The notes under the pieces are model-generated. The model was given only the letters and a program-made list of their open reading frames with translations. It did no database searches and was not told the origin of the DNA. A program made the translations under genes and the position numbers. Shown one piece after another: positions 19,031-29,115 of a stretch of 64,000 nt of DNA. Numbering within the stretch: position 1 is the first letter of the stretch; each line of letters starts with the position of its first letter. Source of the DNA: an uncultured bacterium (lineage in GTDB: Bacteria; Eisenbacteria; RBG-16-71-46); assembly GCA_964418975.1 (NCBI GenBank), contig CAYQNV010000172.1, positions 24,301-88,300 of the forward strand, written 5' to 3'.

Positions 19031-19741
19031 ATGAACACCGACCGATTCACCGAACTGCTGTCCGACTACCTGGACCACGACCTCCCGCGCGCCGAGTTCG
19101 ACGCCGTCGAGCGCCACTTGGGCACGTGCGCGGAATGCCGCGATGTGCTCGCGGGGCTCGCGGACGTGAAATCGCGTGCGGCCTCGCTCGTGGACCCGCC
19201 GGCGCCGATCGATCTCTGGGCGGGGATCGCGTCACGAATCGGCTCGGCGGGTTCCACCAGCGAAGCCCCGGCGCGCCGCGCGGTGGTGCTGGAGCTGCCG
19301 CGGCGCGAGCGGACCCCTCTGCGTTGGGTGCCCTGGGCGCTCCCGCAATGGCTGGCGGCGGCGGCGGTGATCGCGGTGGTGGCGGCGGGCGCGGTGTGGT
19401 TCGCGCAGGGCCGAAAGGCGTCGGACAGCACGCGCGCCGGCGTGGCCACGACACCGGCCGTCACCGAAACCGACGCCGCGTCCGCCGACTTTGACGCCTC
19501 GCGCATCGAGGGCGAGATCGGCGAGCTGCAGCTAGCACTCGAACGTGGCCGCGGCAAGCTCGACCCCAAGACCGTACAGGTGCTCGAGGACAATCTCCGC
19601 ATCATCCGCAAGGCCACCGAGGATGCGCGCCAGGCGTTGGAGCAGGATCCCGCCAACCGCGAACTCAAGGACTACCTCGCGGGTTCCGTGCAGCGAAAAC
19701 TCGACATGGTACGCCGCGCCGCGGTGCTGGCCGGTGTCTAG
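19031..19741 (+). CDS. Anti-sigma factor with zf-HC2 zinc finger and a single TM segment.
   Basis: ATG at 19031 (residue 207 of ORF 18413..19741). HLGTCAECRD zinc-finger motif and TM WLAAAAVIAVVAAGAVWF. Confidence 0.65.
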   Translation: MNTDRFTELLSDYLDHDLPRAEFDAVERHLGTCAECRDVLAGLADVKSRAASLVDPPAPIDLWAGIASRIGSAGSTSEAPARRAVVLELPRRERTPLRWVPWALPQWLAAAAVIAVVAAGAVWFAQGRKASDSTRAGVATTPAVTETDAASADFDASRIEGEIGELQLALERGRGKLDPKTVQVLEDNLRIIRKATEDARQALEQDPANRELKDYLAGSVQRKLDMVRRAAVLAGV

Positions 19742-19751
19742 GAGCTTGGGC

Positions 19752-21080
19752 ATGAGGCGAGCCTTCCCCCTGTTGCTGTTGGCCGCGTTCGCGGCGCCCG
19801 CCGCTTGGGCGGACGAGACCGCCGAGGAGTCGGCGGCGCGCATCTCGGCGCGGCTCGATGAGGCCATCGCGCAAGCCCATCGCGCCACGGCGAGGGCGCA
19901 CGCCAAGTCTTCTTCGGGGGTGCTGGTCACGCCGAACGCGATCTACTTCGTGGATGGCGCCGAGGTGCCGATCGATTGGATGGAGTGGGTGGAGCCGGTG
20001 AAGGCGCGTCGCGTGCGCCGCGCCGCCCAGACCGACACGATCGTGCGCATCGGGCCCGGCGTCACGCTGTCGCTCGCCAACCTCTCGGGCGACATCCGCG
20101 TGGCGACATGGAATCGAAATGAAGTCCGCATCCAGGCCGAGCACGACCGCTCCGACCAGCTGGTCACCCAACTGCGTGGTTCGACCTTGAAGCTGGGCGT
20201 GGGCTCGCGGCGTGCCTCGCCCGCCGACGTCGAGTGGACACTCACCGTTCCCGCGTGGTTGCCGCTCGAGCTGTCGGGCATCGAGAGCGAGATCGAAGTC
20301 AGGGGCCTGCGTTCGTCGGTGCGCGCCCAGTCCATGCGCGGCGACGTCATCGTGGTCGACTGCCGGGGCCCGCTCGAGGCCAACTCGATCGAGGGCGAGG
20401 TGCACGTGACCGACGTGAGCGGCAACGTGACTGCCGGCTCGGTCAACAACATCGTGCGCCTCCTGCGCGTGGTGGGGCCGGTCGAGGCCCAGACGATCAA
20501 TGGCGACATCCAGATGGAGAAGCTGGAATCCGTGGACGTGGACGCCAGCACCGTGAACGGCCGCGTGTACTTCGCCTCGGGCTACCAGCCGCGCGGGCGC
20601 TACGTGTTCTCGTCTCACAACGGCAGGATCATCGTGCCGACGCCCACGGACCAGAGCGTGAACGTGACCCTGTCCTCGTATCAGGGCCAGGTCGAGTCTT
20701 CCGTCCCGATGCCCGCGCCGGTGGCGCGTAGCAAAGGCCGTTTGATGCGCTTCGTGATGCGAGACGGCGTGGACACGCCCGACGTGCCCAACGCGCCGAA
20801 CGCCCCGCGTGCGCCGCGACCGCCCCGCACGCCACGTGTGGCGCGTGCCCTCATCGCACCGGAACTCGAGCTGGAGTCGTTCGGCGGCCTCATCCGTCTG
20901 GCGTCCCAGGAAGATGTGCTGCGCGCTCTCAACATCCAGCGCTCGAGACTCGACAGCCTGCGCGCGATGCGCGTGCGCGGCCGCGCCGAGCTCGAGGCCG
21001 CCCGCCGCCACGCGCGTCATCGCGTGGCACCCACGCCGCCTCCCGCGCCGACACCGGAATCGCCACCGCCGAGCGACTGA
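19752..21080 (+). CDS. DUF4097-like secreted protein with a Pro-rich C-terminal tail.
   Basis: Signal peptide MRRAFPLLLLAAFAAPAAWA. Repeated beta-strand units (..IRVATWNRNEVRIQAE.., ..VHVTDVSGNVTAG..). Directly follows the anti-sigma gene. Confidence 0.55.
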   Translation: MRRAFPLLLLAAFAAPAAWADETAEESAARISARLDEAIAQAHRATARAHAKSSSGVLVTPNAIYFVDGAEVPIDWMEWVEPVKARRVRRAAQTDTIVRIGPGVTLSLANLSGDIRVATWNRNEVRIQAEHDRSDQLVTQLRGSTLKLGVGSRRASPADVEWTLTVPAWLPLELSGIESEIEVRGLRSSVRAQSMRGDVIVVDCRGPLEANSIEGEVHVTDVSGNVTAGSVNNIVRLLRVVGPVEAQTINGDIQMEKLESVDVDASTVNGRVYFASGYQPRGRYVFSSHNGRIIVPTPTDQSVNVTLSSYQGQVESSVPMPAPVARSKGRLMRFVMRDGVDTPDVPNAPNAPRAPRPPRTPRVARALIAPELELESFGGLIRLASQEDVLRALNIQRSRLDSLRAMRVRGRAELEAARRHARHRVAPTPPPAPTPESPPPSD

Positions 21081-21314
21081 CCGGCGCATCTCCCACGCGC
21101 ATCCCCCGACCGCCGTCCGGAACACCGGGCGGCGGTCTTCTTGCATGCGAAATCGGCCATGTCCCGGGGTGCACGGAAGTGACATGATGATGGGCGCGAG
21201 ACTGGCGGTTCCGCTCGCCCGCGCAGGGCTGCGCTGTATTTCGCGCCGCCAGGCGCCACGACTCGAAACGCCGCTTGCGACAAGGACGCGTGGGCCAACG
21301 TTACAGGAGCCACC

Positions 21315-23378
21315 TTGTGCCGACCGTGCCGCGTTCCCGCTTGCGGACCTGTCCGCCCACCCGCATTTGTCGCACGCAGCCACGCAGTTCGTCTCATCGC
21401 GTCGGCGAGCGTTCTGGCGTTCATCCTGCTTGGAACGATCTCTCCCGCAATCGCCAACGTGACGACCGTTCCCGACGACTTCCCCACGATCCAGGCGGCC
21501 GTGGACCATCTGACGGGTTCCACCGTTCGCGAAACGCTGCTCGTGCGCGGCGGGATCTATCAGGAGCGATTGGTACTACGTGACGGCATCGTGATCAAAG
21601 GCATCCCACCGAGCGACGGTCCGGACCAGATGCCGCGGATCGACGCACTCGCGATCAACCCCGGCGGTAGTGGACACTTCGCGTTGCGCTTCGGCGTCCA
21701 TTCTATCGGCCTGCAGGTTGCTGGTCCGACCACTACATTCAGCATCGACGGCCCACTCGACATCAGTTTCGAGTCATGTCAGTTCGACTCCGGGATGTCG
21801 GATGGGTCCAGGTACTCGTTCTCCGAGCTCACGAGAATCACGATGACGCGCTGCACGTTGTTCGGAGTCGTCACACTCAATGCGTACGAGGGCACCGTCG
21901 ACTCGAGCATCGTCCACGGCCCATTGTTTCTAAGCACACCCTACTGGGGTCGAGTTCGGGACAATCGCTTCGAGGGCATTGCCGGCACCGCGGCCACCAT
22001 CTACACGCGAGACGCGCATGTCGCCCGGAACATCGTTCAAGACTGCCGGGGCGGATTCTTGGTGCTCACCGAGGAGGGAAGCAGTCTGATCGAGGACAAT
22101 CGGATCAATGGCTGCGAGGAGAACGGCATCCAGGCATTGGCGGACGCACACACCGGCGACTTGCTGCAGATCATCCGGAACCGCGTCACCCGGTGTCGTG
22201 GCTATGGCATTTCCGGCAGTGGTCTGATCGTCGCGCGGGACAACATCGTGCTCGACTGCGGCGGCGACGGGCTCGAGCTGTCTCAGCTGGAAGAAACGGG
22301 AGCGATAGAGGGAAACGTCGTCGCCAGGTGTGGGAACCACGGCATCCGGCTGACTCACGACGGCGGCTACCAGACCGCGAGCTGGATCATGAGGAACAAC
22401 ACCGTCTACGGATGCGGCGGGCCCGGCATCTCCATGTCGGACCTGCCCGGCGGGACTGTCTCCAACAACATCGCCTTCCGCAACCTTGGACACGGACTTC
22501 TCGCCGTTCGCAGCGAGCCGCTGCTGGTCTCGTGCAATGACTGGTTCGAGAACCGGGAAGGCGCCACCTCTGGGATCGCCCCGTCCGCGAGCGACCTGGC
22601 CGTGGACCCTCTCTTCTGCGACGTGGCACATGACAACGTGCATCTCGCCGCCGACTCGCCGCTGCTCGACGCTCCCGGCTGCGGCTTGATCGGAGCCCTG
22701 GGCCAGGGCTGCGCGGCGACGCCGATCCAGATCGCCTTCGACTTCACACCCAAGGCACTCAACCTCACCTCCCGCGGTCGCTGGGTGATGGGGTTGCTCG
22801 AGCCAGGCTCGCCCTACGTCGCGAGCGACATCGACATCGCGTCCATCCGGCTCCACGGCGTGGCGGTGGACCCTGAGGCCAAGCTCTCCCTCGGGGACCA
22901 CGACAGGAATGGCGTACCCGACCTGACGGTGAGGTTCGACCGGATGGCGGTGGGGCGCACCGTGACTGATGGCGAAGACGCTTCGGTCGCGGTCACCGGC
23001 ACGATGGCCGGCCGTGCATTCCTCGGCACCGATGCCATCCGCGTGCGCCGCGCGGTTGGCCCGACACAGGTGGACATCAGCCACGAGTCGTCAGTCACCG
23101 CGGCCCCACTTCCGCTGGCGGTCCGGGTAGCGTCAGCCATCCCGGCAGCGGACGGGAGAATGCGCGTGGAGTTCGCGTTGCCCGAGGGAAGTCCGGCTCG
23201 GCTCGAGTTGCTGGACGTGGCCGGGCGTGTGCTGCGCTCGACGCACGTCGGAGACCTGGGGCCCGGCCGCCACACGCTCGACCTCTCGAGCGGCCGCGAC
23301 CTGCGACAGGGGATCTACTTCCTACGACTTCGGCAGGCAGGAAACGAAGTCCTGGCCCGAGCGGCTGTAGTTCGGTGA
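21315..23378 (+). CDS. Secreted right-handed parallel beta-helix repeat protein (NosD / pectate-lyase-like fold) with a FlgD-Ig-like C-terminal domain.
   Basis: Repeated ..NRIxGCxxNGI.. / ..NxVxxCGxxGI.. beta-helix turns. C terminus ..RLELLDVAGRVLRS..GIYFLRLRQAG... Exact start uncertain. Confidence 0.6.
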   Translation: MCRPCRVPACGPVRPPAFVARSHAVRLIASASVLAFILLGTISPAIANVTTVPDDFPTIQAAVDHLTGSTVRETLLVRGGIYQERLVLRDGIVIKGIPPSDGPDQMPRIDALAINPGGSGHFALRFGVHSIGLQVAGPTTTFSIDGPLDISFESCQFDSGMSDGSRYSFSELTRITMTRCTLFGVVTLNAYEGTVDSSIVHGPLFLSTPYWGRVRDNRFEGIAGTAATIYTRDAHVARNIVQDCRGGFLVLTEEGSSLIEDNRINGCEENGIQALADAHTGDLLQIIRNRVTRCRGYGISGSGLIVARDNIVLDCGGDGLELSQLEETGAIEGNVVARCGNHGIRLTHDGGYQTASWIMRNNTVYGCGGPGISMSDLPGGTVSNNIAFRNLGHGLLAVRSEPLLVSCNDWFENREGATSGIAPSASDLAVDPLFCDVAHDNVHLAADSPLLDAPGCGLIGALGQGCAATPIQIAFDFTPKALNLTSRGRWVMGLLEPGSPYVASDIDIASIRLHGVAVDPEAKLSLGDHDRNGVPDLTVRFDRMAVGRTVTDGEDASVAVTGTMAGRAFLGTDAIRVRRAVGPTQVDISHESSVTAAPLPLAVRVASAIPAADGRMRVEFALPEGSPARLELLDVAGRVLRSTHVGDLGPGRHTLDLSSGRDLRQGIYFLRLRQAGNEVLARAAVVR

Positions 23379-23418
23379 GCGAGACACCCCCGCACTACGA
23401 CATCGGAAGCTCTCTCCG

Positions 23419-24735
23419 CTAGGCGAACTTCCCTGCCTCGAACTCCGTCGAAGGCTGAGGCGCGCGACAGGTCAGGGGCCCGGGGATTCCGGCATTCACC
23501 TCTCTGCGCGCGCCCTTTGGCGCCAGCCTCCTGAGTGCGAACTTGACCCGCTCCTCGAGCGACCCGTCAGGGATCGACTCATCACAGAGCGCCGCCGCAC
23601 GACGCGCCTCGTCGGCCTTGAGCCCCAGCGCCCGCAGCCACGGGGTCACGTCTTGCTCGTCTCTCGGATCCTCCGCGGCTTCCGGCCGCATACGGGCCCC
23701 GACTGCCGCACGCGTTTGCTCCGTCCTGCACCTCGCTTCTTCTCGCTTGTGGCGCATGAACTCGGTCCCGTACGTTTGCTCGGCCGTGTACTGGTTGTGA
23801 GCGCGACACCGGAGCCTTATCCCGTCCGTCGTAGCCTGGCCGCCGCGCGCCACCGCTTCGACGTGATCGAATTCCAAGCGTGTGCGCGCCGAGCACCGGT
23901 GTCCGCGATCACTTTCGAACGTGCACTGGCCGCCATCGCGCTGCCAGACCTTGCGCCGGACGTGGGCAGGGACATGGCGCTCGTTCTTGGACCGTCGCCG
24001 CGGGCGCGGGCGGGAGGTGGCGGCACACTTGCGCTTCTCGAGCTGGGCGAGCAGGGCATCGAGGGCGCGGTCGAGCACCTCGGCGACGTCTCCGGAAGGG
24101 ACCGCGTGCCCGAGCAACTCTTGGGCGCGGCGAAGTTTGTCGTGCGTGCCTTGTCCGATGGTCAGCTGAAGTGCGAACCGCTCCGGCGACAGCGGCGTGA
24201 CCCTCGCCCGCGGGGCGGGAGGCTCAACATGCCCCGGGGCATGCTCGGCGGATCCTTCAACATGCCCTGGGGCATGTTCGTCGGTGAGCCGCGGGGGTGC
24301 GATCGGCTGAAGCCGGCTCGGCAGGTCGGGCCGCGGGAAGCGCTGTGCGAGCAGCACCTCGATCTCAGCCTTGGTCCGGTGTGCGGCCGCCGCCAGAAGC
24401 TCCTCGGCGGTCTCCTCGGTGAGGTGCGGTGCCAGCAGGACGACGGCACTCAGGTGCAACCGGCCGTCGGCCAGTGCCGGGAAGATGACAGGGAACTGGC
24501 TTGCTGCGCGCGCCGCGTGGATGCGCTTGGAAGCCGCGTCCTCGGAAAGATGCAGCTCGCCCACGCACCAGGCGTGCATCGACGGATAGGCCGCCGGCAG
24601 GTAGAGCTTGCGCGCGTCCACTTCGGCGAGGTGGGCCAGCAAGGTGGCGGTGGTGGTGCGTTCCTGGTGGAGGAGCGCGTTCAGGTCACGCAACAGCACA
24701 TGGTCCGCGAGATGCGACAGCGAGTAACGCCTCAT
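23419..24735 (-). CDS. DUF222 / HNH endonuclease domain protein.
   Basis: HNH core ..CTFESDRGHRCSARTRLEFDHVEAVARGG..HNQY. Start MRRYSLSHLADH.. is an internal Met of ORF 23419..24837. Confidence 0.7.
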   Translation of the reverse strand: MRRYSLSHLADHVLLRDLNALLHQERTTTATLLAHLAEVDARKLYLPAAYPSMHAWCVGELHLSEDAASKRIHAARAASQFPVIFPALADGRLHLSAVVLLAPHLTEETAEELLAAAAHRTKAEIEVLLAQRFPRPDLPSRLQPIAPPRLTDEHAPGHVEGSAEHAPGHVEPPAPRARVTPLSPERFALQLTIGQGTHDKLRRAQELLGHAVPSGDVAEVLDRALDALLAQLEKRKCAATSRPRPRRRSKNERHVPAHVRRKVWQRDGGQCTFESDRGHRCSARTRLEFDHVEAVARGGQATTDGIRLRCRAHNQYTAEQTYGTEFMRHKREEARCRTEQTRAAVGARMRPEAAEDPRDEQDVTPWLRALGLKADEARRAAALCDESIPDGSLEERVKFALRRLAPKGARREVNAGIPGPLTCRAPQPSTEFEAGKFA

Positions 24736-25287
24736 GGTGGGACTCCGCGATAGAGACGAATCGCGGGGGCAGCACAATTCATAACATGCGTGTTCGCGGC
24801 GCTCGGAGAGCCACGGAGTGCGCGAAACGTGCCGCACGACGAGAACTTTCTCGGCGAAGCAGCTTGCAGGACGTCAGCAAGAACTCTCGACACGCTGGTA
24901 CGCGACCAGCGCAGGAGCCGCGCTGCGCGGGAGGCAAGCTCCGATTTCCTGTCCAACGAATTCGTCGCGTTCGATTCGAATTTCGTTCGCATCGCGACCG
25001 GCCGCTCGCCGCGGGCCGAGCGCAGCGCCCGCCCCCTCCGACTGTCCGTTTGTGGGACGCCCGGTCCCACGGCCGAACAGCTCCGGCTCGTGCCCGCGGC
25101 TGGGACGCAAGCACAACTCGTGACCGCACAACGGATTCGCGATCGGCTCGGCGTGGCCCGGTTCTTCCTTATGCGCTTCGCTGGTCTTCCGACCGGAATC
25201 GGGTTCACGCGCCGGACCCGCTCGCGCTGCGGCAGCTCGCGAGCGAGGCCGGCGCATCCGCAATCGAACGTCTGCGTAAAGGACGAG

Positions 25288-26529
25288 ATGGATATCCCGC
25301 GCCAGAAGCCCAAGGTGAATCGAGTTCCGTGGGTGATCGCCACCGCACTGCTGGTGGTGGTGACCACGGTGGGGCTCGCGCGCCTGCGGCCGGCGGCACC
25401 CACAGTGGAGAAAGGCACGCTGTGGATCGACACCGTGAAGCAGGGCGAGATGCTGCGGCAGGTGCGCGGCAACGGCACGCTCGTGCCCGAGGACCTGCGC
25501 GTGGTCTCAGCACTCACCGCCGGGCGCATTGACCGCGTGCTCGTGCGCCCCGGTGCCCGCTGCGAAGTGGGCACGGTGCTGCTCGAGATGAGCAATCCGG
25601 ACGTGCAGCTTCAAGCCCTCGACGCCGAACGCCAGGTGAAGGTGGCCGAGGCCGATCTCGCGTCGCTGCGTTCCTCACTCCAGGGGCAGCGCCTGGCCGC
25701 GGTCTCGAGCGTGGCCGAGGCGCGGCGCGCGGCGAAGGAGGCCGAGCGCGCGGTCAAGGTGGCCGAGCGGCTGGCGAGCGAAGGGCTCACGTCGAGCATG
25801 GAGATCGACCGCGCACAGGACAACCTGGTCGAGGCGCGCGAGCGGCACGACAGCGAGAAGGAGCGCCTGGCGCTGCTCGCTGAATCGCTCACCGCGCAGC
25901 TGGCGCTCCGCCAGGCAGAGGTCGAGCGCCTGCGCGCCATCGCGCGCTTCCAGTTCGAACGGGTGGCGTCCATGACGGTGCGCGCGGGGCAGAAGGGTGT
26001 GCTGCAGTCGCTGTCACTCCAGCCCGGCCAGTGGGTCAACCCGGGGCAGGAGCTGGCGCGCGTGGCGGGGCAGGACCGACTGAAGGCGGTGGTGCGCGTG
26101 CCCGAGACGCAGGCGCGCGACCTGGCATTGGGGCTATTGGCCGACGTGGACACGCGCAACGGCATCGTCAAGGGACACGTGGCGCGTGTGGATCCGGGTG
26201 CGCAGAACGGCACCGTCTCGGTGGACGTGGCGCTCGACGGCGCGCTGCCGCGCGGCGCGCGCCCCGACCTGTCCGTGGACGCCACCATCGAGATCGAGCG
26301 GCTCGCGAACGCCATCTACGTGGGCCGTCCGGCCGACGGTTCGAGCGAGTCCACCGTGGGCCTGTTCGTGCTCGACGTCGATGGCCGGCACGCGAATCGC
26401 GTGCAGGTGGAACTGGGCCGCGGCTCGGTCAACGCGATCGAGGTGCGCAAGGGCTTGAAACCCGGCGACCGGGTCATCCTTTCTGAGATGACGCGCTGGG
26501 ATGCCGTGGATCGAGTGAAGCTGCAGTGA
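25288..26529 (+). CDS. Efflux periplasmic adaptor subunit (HlyD/MacA family).
   Basis: N-terminal TM, long coiled-coil (..AEADLASLRSSLQGQRLAAV..) and beta-barrel domains. First gene of the ABC cluster. Confidence 0.75.
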   Translation: MDIPRQKPKVNRVPWVIATALLVVVTTVGLARLRPAAPTVEKGTLWIDTVKQGEMLRQVRGNGTLVPEDLRVVSALTAGRIDRVLVRPGARCEVGTVLLEMSNPDVQLQALDAERQVKVAEADLASLRSSLQGQRLAAVSSVAEARRAAKEAERAVKVAERLASEGLTSSMEIDRAQDNLVEARERHDSEKERLALLAESLTAQLALRQAEVERLRAIARFQFERVASMTVRAGQKGVLQSLSLQPGQWVNPGQELARVAGQDRLKAVVRVPETQARDLALGLLADVDTRNGIVKGHVARVDPGAQNGTVSVDVALDGALPRGARPDLSVDATIEIERLANAIYVGRPADGSSESTVGLFVLDVDGRHANRVQVELGRGSVNAIEVRKGLKPGDRVILSEMTRWDAVDRVKLQ

Positions 26530-26564
26530 ACGCCCACGACTGAACGGGCAGGGGAGACACGACG

Positions 26565-28985
26565 ATGGACGTGCTCATCCAAGACTTGCGCTACGCGTTC
26601 CGCTCGCTGCGCCGCGCGCCGGGCTACACGGCAGTGATCGTCGCGGTCATGGCGCTCGGCATCGGCGTGAACGTCTTGACTTTCAACTTGCTCTACGCGA
26701 TCGAGTTCCGGCCGTGGCCGCTGCCCGAGGCCGAGCGCGTGGTCTACGTCGGCATGACCGAGCCGAAGCACGCCACCGAGCGGGGCGGGCTGTCGTGGCA
26801 GAACTACCAAGACCTGCGCGAACGCACCCAGTCGTTCAGCTCGTTCGGCGCCTACTGGGAGCATGTCGCCGTCGTGACGCTCGACCGTGAGCCCGAACGC
26901 CTGTTCGGGGTGAGTCTCACCGCCGACGTGTTCCCTGCACTCGGGGTGCGTCCCGCAATGGGGCGCGGCTTCACGCATGACGAGGAGGTGTGGGGCCGCA
27001 ACTGGAACCAGGTCATGATCAGCGATCACATCTGGCGCGATCGCCTCAAGTCCGACGCCAACGTGCTCGGTCGCACGATTCGGTTGAACGGCCGTGTGCG
27101 CACGATCGTGGGCGTCATGCCGCCCAAGTTCCGCTGGCCGGAGATCGAGGACTTCTGGATCCCCGCCGGTTTCAACGCCGCCGAGGATCGCCGCTCGGGC
27201 CAATCGCTGCAGGGCATCGCGCGGCTCAAGCCCGGGGTCACCATGAAGCAGGCCAACGCCGAGGTGGACGCGGCCGTACGCGCACTCGGCGGCCAGTACC
27301 CAGAAGTCAAGGACTTCGGCGGGCACGTCGACGGCATGCAGGAGCGGTGGAGAAGCGGCGCACGCCCGGTCATGACCGTCATGCTGCTCGCCGCGATGTT
27401 CGTGCTGCTCATCGCGTGCGCGAACGTCGCCAACTTGGCACTCGCCCGCGCGAGCGCGCGCCGGCGTGAGATCGGGCTGCGCCTGGCCCTCGGCGCGTCG
27501 CGCGGCCGCATCATCCGCCAATTGCTCACTGAAAGCGTGCTCGTGTCGCTCGCCGGCGGCATGCTGGGGGTGTGGCTCGGCGCCTGGGGCAATACGCTCG
27601 TCATGCAGTCGGTCCCAGGCGAGATACCGTTCTTCATCTCGTTCGCGCTCGGCGCTCCGGTGCTGCTGTATTCCGCCGGGCTCACCGTGCTCGCCGGCAT
27701 CCTGTTCGGGCTTGCACCCGCGCTGCAAGGCGCCGACGGGCGGCTCTCCGACGCGCTGCGCGAGGGCAGCGCGCAGGCCGGCACTTCGCTCAAGACAGGC
27801 CGGCTGCGGAGCGGGCTGGTGATCGCGGAGGTCGCGTTCTCGCTGGTCCTGCTCATCGGTGCCGGTCTCATGATCCGCACGTTCGTGACCCTCGATGGCG
27901 CCGGTCGCGCCATCGACGCCGACGCCGTTATCACCGGGCGTCTGCTCGTGCCGGAGGCGACCTATCCCACCGACGAGGACCGACGCCGGTTCTCTCGCGC
28001 CCTGCTCGCACGCCTGGAGGCCGAGCCAGCGGTCATCTCGGCGAGCGGCATGAGCAACCTACCGCTCGGGCTCCTTACTTCGAGCCGTCTCGTCCTCACG
28101 CCACAGCTGAAGGATCCGCAGCACGATGGGCTCAATACGAGCGTCGCACGGGTGCTGCCGGGCTCCCTCGAGATGTTGAGTGTTCCGCTGCGCCGGGGCC
28201 GGATGATCACCGCGTCCGACGACGAGCGCGCGACGCGCGTGGCGCTCGTCAGCGAGACGTTCGCCCGGCGGCTGTTCAAGCAGGCCGATCCGATCGGCCG
28301 CCAGATCCGCTTCGCGGGCGAGCCGGATTCCATGGGCTGGCGAACCATCGTCGGCGTCGTCGGTGACGTCGCCCAGAACGTCGATCTCGGCTTCGCAGGG
28401 GACCCGATGAGCGCGGTCTACGTGGTCGAATACCAAGAGCCCGGCGAGCGGTTGAGCATTCTGGTGAAGACACGTGGCGACGGATCGGCCGGAGCGGCAG
28501 CTTTCCGCCGGGCAGTGCGCGCGGTGGACGCCGACATCCCCGTCGAGAACCTGAGATCGCTGCGCGAGCAGTTCCGCGTCGCCTTGTGGGTGCGACGGCT
28601 TTTCGCCTCGATGATCGGCGCGTTCGGCGCGATGGCGCTCGTCATCGCCGCCGTCGGACTGTACGGCGTGATGGCGTACTCGGTGTCGCAGCGCACCAAG
28701 GAGATCGGCATCCGCATGGCGTTCGGCGCAGGGGCGGCGACCGTTCAGCAGATGGTCGTCGGGCAAGCGTTCCGGCTGACGCTCATCGGCATCGGCATCG
28801 GGCTCGTGGGTGCGCTGCTGCTCACGCGCGGCATGACCGCCGTGCTCCAGGGCGTGAGTCCGACCGATCCACCGACCTACGTGATCGTGACGGTGCTGCT
28901 CGCGCTCTCCGGCCTGATCGCCGCGTGGGTGCCGGCACTGCGGGCGACGCGCGTGGATCCGATGGTCGCATTGAGATGTGAATAA
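26565..28985 (+). CDS. ABC transporter permease, ADOP family (duplicated FtsX/MacB-type permease).
   Basis: 806 aa. N terminus MDVLIQDLRYAFRSLRRAPGYT. Two FtsX 4-TM modules, each after a MacB-like periplasmic domain. Confidence 0.85.
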   Translation: MDVLIQDLRYAFRSLRRAPGYTAVIVAVMALGIGVNVLTFNLLYAIEFRPWPLPEAERVVYVGMTEPKHATERGGLSWQNYQDLRERTQSFSSFGAYWEHVAVVTLDREPERLFGVSLTADVFPALGVRPAMGRGFTHDEEVWGRNWNQVMISDHIWRDRLKSDANVLGRTIRLNGRVRTIVGVMPPKFRWPEIEDFWIPAGFNAAEDRRSGQSLQGIARLKPGVTMKQANAEVDAAVRALGGQYPEVKDFGGHVDGMQERWRSGARPVMTVMLLAAMFVLLIACANVANLALARASARRREIGLRLALGASRGRIIRQLLTESVLVSLAGGMLGVWLGAWGNTLVMQSVPGEIPFFISFALGAPVLLYSAGLTVLAGILFGLAPALQGADGRLSDALREGSAQAGTSLKTGRLRSGLVIAEVAFSLVLLIGAGLMIRTFVTLDGAGRAIDADAVITGRLLVPEATYPTDEDRRRFSRALLARLEAEPAVISASGMSNLPLGLLTSSRLVLTPQLKDPQHDGLNTSVARVLPGSLEMLSVPLRRGRMITASDDERATRVALVSETFARRLFKQADPIGRQIRFAGEPDSMGWRTIVGVVGDVAQNVDLGFAGDPMSAVYVVEYQEPGERLSILVKTRGDGSAGAAAFRRAVRAVDADIPVENLRSLREQFRVALWVRRLFASMIGAFGAMALVIAAVGLYGVMAYSVSQRTKEIGIRMAFGAGAATVQQMVVGQAFRLTLIGIGIGLVGALLLTRGMTAVLQGVSPTDPPTYVIVTVLLALSGLIAAWVPALRATRVDPMVALRCE

Positions 28986-29115
28986 CGGCGAGAACGCCGC
29001 GGCGGTGCAACGGGTTGAAACCCGACGGGCGGGTGAGCCTGTCGGAGAGGTCGAGATGGAATTCCTTGGACCGAATGAAGCTGCAGCGAACGTATCGCTC
29101 CCCTCTGGAGGAAGC

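Noticed and set aside
19665-21509. A 614-aa minus-strand ORF opposite the second DUF4097 gene.
   Set aside because: It is Arg/Gly/Ala-rich with no signal or domain. The + strand gene has a signal peptide and a repeat architecture consistent with its neighbours.
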